A DNA stretch of 32,000 nt from Candidatus Electronema halotolerans (GTDB lineage: Bacteria > Desulfobacterota > Desulfobulbia > Desulfobulbales > Desulfobulbaceae). Of the stretch, positions 30,801-32,000 are shown piece after piece. The stretch covers positions 270,001 through 302,000 of the forward strand of contig OW818675.1 of assembly GCA_942493095.1 (NCBI GenBank), given 5' to 3'. The translations under genes and the position numbers were made by a program. Position 1 is the stretch's first letter; each line of letters opens with the position of its first letter. A model generated the notes under the pieces. It was given only the letters and a program-made list of their open reading frames with translations. It was not told the origin of the DNA and did not search any database.

Positions 30801-30966
30801 AGAACATAAAAGCATGATCCGACCGCTGATGAGCAGGCAGCATTTTCTTCGTCTGCTCCATTGCATCGAAGGCTTCAGCTTTGAACAGGCCTTGACAGTG
30901 ATCAAGGCCAAACTGCGGCAAGAGGAGCACGATGACTGCGCCGTCAGCTTGGAGGCTGCGGTCTGA
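27895..30966 (+). CDS. hybrid sensor histidine kinase (Cache-type periplasmic sensor, HisKA, HATPase, receiver, Hpt)
   Basis: An N-terminal TM is followed by Cache-like GGGFYEYFWPKPG...FNWYVGTAEY and a second TM. H-box SHEIRTPMHG, N-box GNAVKFT and GTGLGLTIS are present. The receiver has ILLVEDNLINQ and LMDIQMPVMDG. The Hpt domain has AHSLKGVAGNIG. Confidence 0.9.
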   Translation: MKLFAEENIGKLIILNSSLVGLLMWLGIVAHTFWDSEVNLKMELDHLEKERIDAKKSSVSDSVDELIQSIEVRRQMSMNRLHHNLESQVLQIHAMMTHLYEKNKDRMKGAELKDLLVEAVRPFKFSSGQSWFFIRSLDGITKLWPPDPDLEGRSIYENSNENKVHAFNGMADIAKQGGGFYEYFWPKPGDGQKLHQAAAYLTFFAPFNWYVGTAEYLDELEHDTQLQFQAAVSRHAGRTEDEYLQIIDLNGIDKAVNEGSPLSKLLRSGYQDPEAKRIKESLLSGLKHGGEIFVKYQDRKPGTNQLVYKMTYFRLYDKWNWLIAAGFDYNDLEDLIQVKKQEHQRLFQEKLRISLAIFCFILLGALCISLLFAHKVRMLFFSYRQRLEASNKELVKAIDDARTATLAKSEFLAKMSHEIRTPMHGIIGLAELTLETEMSKQQADYMRKILYSSRSLEVILNDVLDFSKIEAGMMRIEQVPFNLPDLFDKLVLMFSEHSRRKNIALSLSLSPDLPQQVVGDPVRLHQVLANLIGNAVKFTEAGQIMVRVATARRSDEQVEINFSVQDTGIGISPDQLPQLFESFKQADNSTARKYGGTGLGLTISKNLVDLMGGDLTVASEAGVGSTFSCSLLFQLPAQQNSGLAADSADMTVSAMRRIRGARILLVEDNLINQQVAQEILAKADLRVRTVSNGSEAVAAVAAEDFDAVLMDIQMPVMDGYEATRKIRQELGRTELPILAMTAHAVSEERDRCFRMGMDDHIAKPVSRSMLFKVLARWIRRPQPAAEQAEPQLPAKSCGPSCLSALFLEDRKNGAQAVELDLAGGMERLEGNKNLYVKLLKNFCQEQENIEARTEELLRTNSVEAAVCSAHSLKGVAGNIGLPGVQKMAAKAEEALRAGWTAESQAQLRQLARQVRQTVDHLSSRLSPAENSEEEQEVPENFDRQASLQTLQQLAALLEQADYSSLQFLEEHKSMIRPLMSRQHFLRLLHCIEGFSFEQALTVIKAKLRQEEHDDCAVSLEAAV

Positions 30967-31011
30967 TGATTCGGCAATTTCTCAGCAGAAAATGGCGGAG
31001 ACAGCACTGCC

Positions 31012-31872
31012 TCAGCCCAGCTTGGCAGACAGTTTCGGCACCGTGTAAGGCACTTGCAGATACTCAAGAACCTTGGCGGCCTTGGGCTGCCCGTGCTGGC
31101 GGAGCAGGCGTGAAAAGTTGATGCTGACACCAAAGTAAAAATCTCTTTCTTTGTTAAGCTCCGGCGTGTCATAGCCGCGTGTGTAGTAGCCGCCGTGCAG
31201 TTCAAGCCAGTCAAGCCACGTGTCTTGCAGGCTGTCAAAACCGTCTAATTTGACCACCATTGCATAATACATGTTGGAGTAGTCATCAAAAAGACCTTTG
31301 ATTGGCGCATTGAAGGCGTATTCAACCCGGAAGTCGATCTTGCGGTCCAAGGCCGGATAATGCTCCATCAGCACGCTGGTCAACATGCCGACCGTGTTCA
31401 TGGTCATGTCGCCCCAGTCAAAGCCCTGGGTTTCGCTGGTCGCATCATCCAGCTCCATGATCGTCTGGACTGTCCATGAAGACAAGGCAGCATAGGTGTT
31501 AGCTCGTTGCCCATCATAGCCCCAATGTTTATACAGCCCGGTGAGCGCATCAGACAGGGCGTAGGTTGACCAAAAATGCCCCATCTTGTCTGCGCCGCCG
31601 TACTTTGCGTCTTTCTCAAACCAGCCTTCGTTGGCCCAGTGAAACTGGGCCGAGCCATAGTCCCAGTCGGCAAAGCCGTACAGGGTGATGAAGGATGCGG
31701 CGGCGATGTTGGTGTACAGGACTTTCTTCTCCTTGGGCAGACTGCACCACCAGCCCGCATCAGGACTGGAGCCGGGTGCGGCAGAGCTGGTTATCGGCCC
31801 GCTCTGACTGAAGGCGGAGCTGGCAAGCAGCGGACTGAGGAGGAAAAGAAACGTCAGAGCGGGCAATTTCAT
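31012..31872 (-). CDS. exported protein with a YfiM/DUF2279-like N-terminal half
   Basis: ATG 31872 follows GGAGAG. Signal peptide MKLPALTFLFLLSPLLASSAFS. GADKMGHFWSTYALSDAL...MELDDA...GFDWGDMTMNTVG resembles the DK..HF pattern of YfiM-type proteins. The C-terminal half looks beta-rich (FYFGVSINF). Confidence 0.5.
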   Translation of the reverse strand: MKLPALTFLFLLSPLLASSAFSQSGPITSSAAPGSSPDAGWWCSLPKEKKVLYTNIAAASFITLYGFADWDYGSAQFHWANEGWFEKDAKYGGADKMGHFWSTYALSDALTGLYKHWGYDGQRANTYAALSSWTVQTIMELDDATSETQGFDWGDMTMNTVGMLTSVLMEHYPALDRKIDFRVEYAFNAPIKGLFDDYSNMYYAMVVKLDGFDSLQDTWLDWLELHGGYYTRGYDTPELNKERDFYFGVSINFSRLLRQHGQPKAAKVLEYLQVPYTVPKLSAKLG

Positions 31873-32000
31873 GTTCTGCTCTCCAAGAGGCAAAGTTTTG
31901 CAATCAGCTTTTCAGCAAGGTACCCTGCCTGATAAAAAAAATCAATACAGACCAAAGAAGGCAGCCCGCAGCCGTCCCTCTGATTCCCGACTGCATGAGA

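Noticed and set aside
31576-31932. 118-aa plus-strand ORF at the right end, and a 30-codon minus-strand ORF starting at 31996.
   Set aside because: The first is antisense to the DUF2279-like gene. The second is tiny, with no SD or motif.

Overview
This is a 32-kb chromosomal segment of moderate-to-high GC. Gene content, including a stand-alone 'two-CW' Cys-rich protein, DsbD and LarB, suggests a Desulfobacterota/deltaproteobacterial-type genome, but that is inference only. Most of the window is housekeeping: thiS/thiF-like pair, alpha-carbonic anhydrase, gap, dsbD, ompW, a divergent biotin carboxylase plus a fused AccA-AccD carboxyltransferase, tRNA-Lys(CTT), dnaX, ybaB, trpF, trpC, secDF, larB and a Cache-hybrid histidine kinase. 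I recognised no rRNA, CRISPR array, transposase or integrase.

The standout region is about 1.6-7.5 kb. It is a same-strand array of small signal-peptide proteins with no recognisable enzyme:
- two paralogous, extremely Tyr/Gly/Asn-rich repeat proteins;
- a 12-codon stub of a third paralog;
- three proteins carrying four copies of a ~65-aa beta-rich (DUF5666-like) domain.

Most of these genes are preceded by the same promoter module: tandem TTCATCTT direct repeats in 11-bp phase, overlapping the -35 position. The array ends in a translationally coupled cytochrome b561 / CusR-like response regulator / CusS-like kinase operon. I consider this the best candidate for an undescribed, two-component-controlled extracytoplasmic system.

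A second accessory patch lies between tRNA-Lys and dnaX (18.7-20.76 kb) and is visibly AT-richer. It holds a vapBC module flanked by a repeated hairpin element, a Cys-rich mini-protein, a 35-bp inverted repeat and a decayed Uma2-like gene end.

Other notable points are an A10 slippery run in dnaX with stops in both alternative frames, and a strongly SD-led 7-codon uORF overlapping a terminator-like hairpin ahead of the hybrid kinase.

All family assignments come from motif recognition by eye. No database searches were run.
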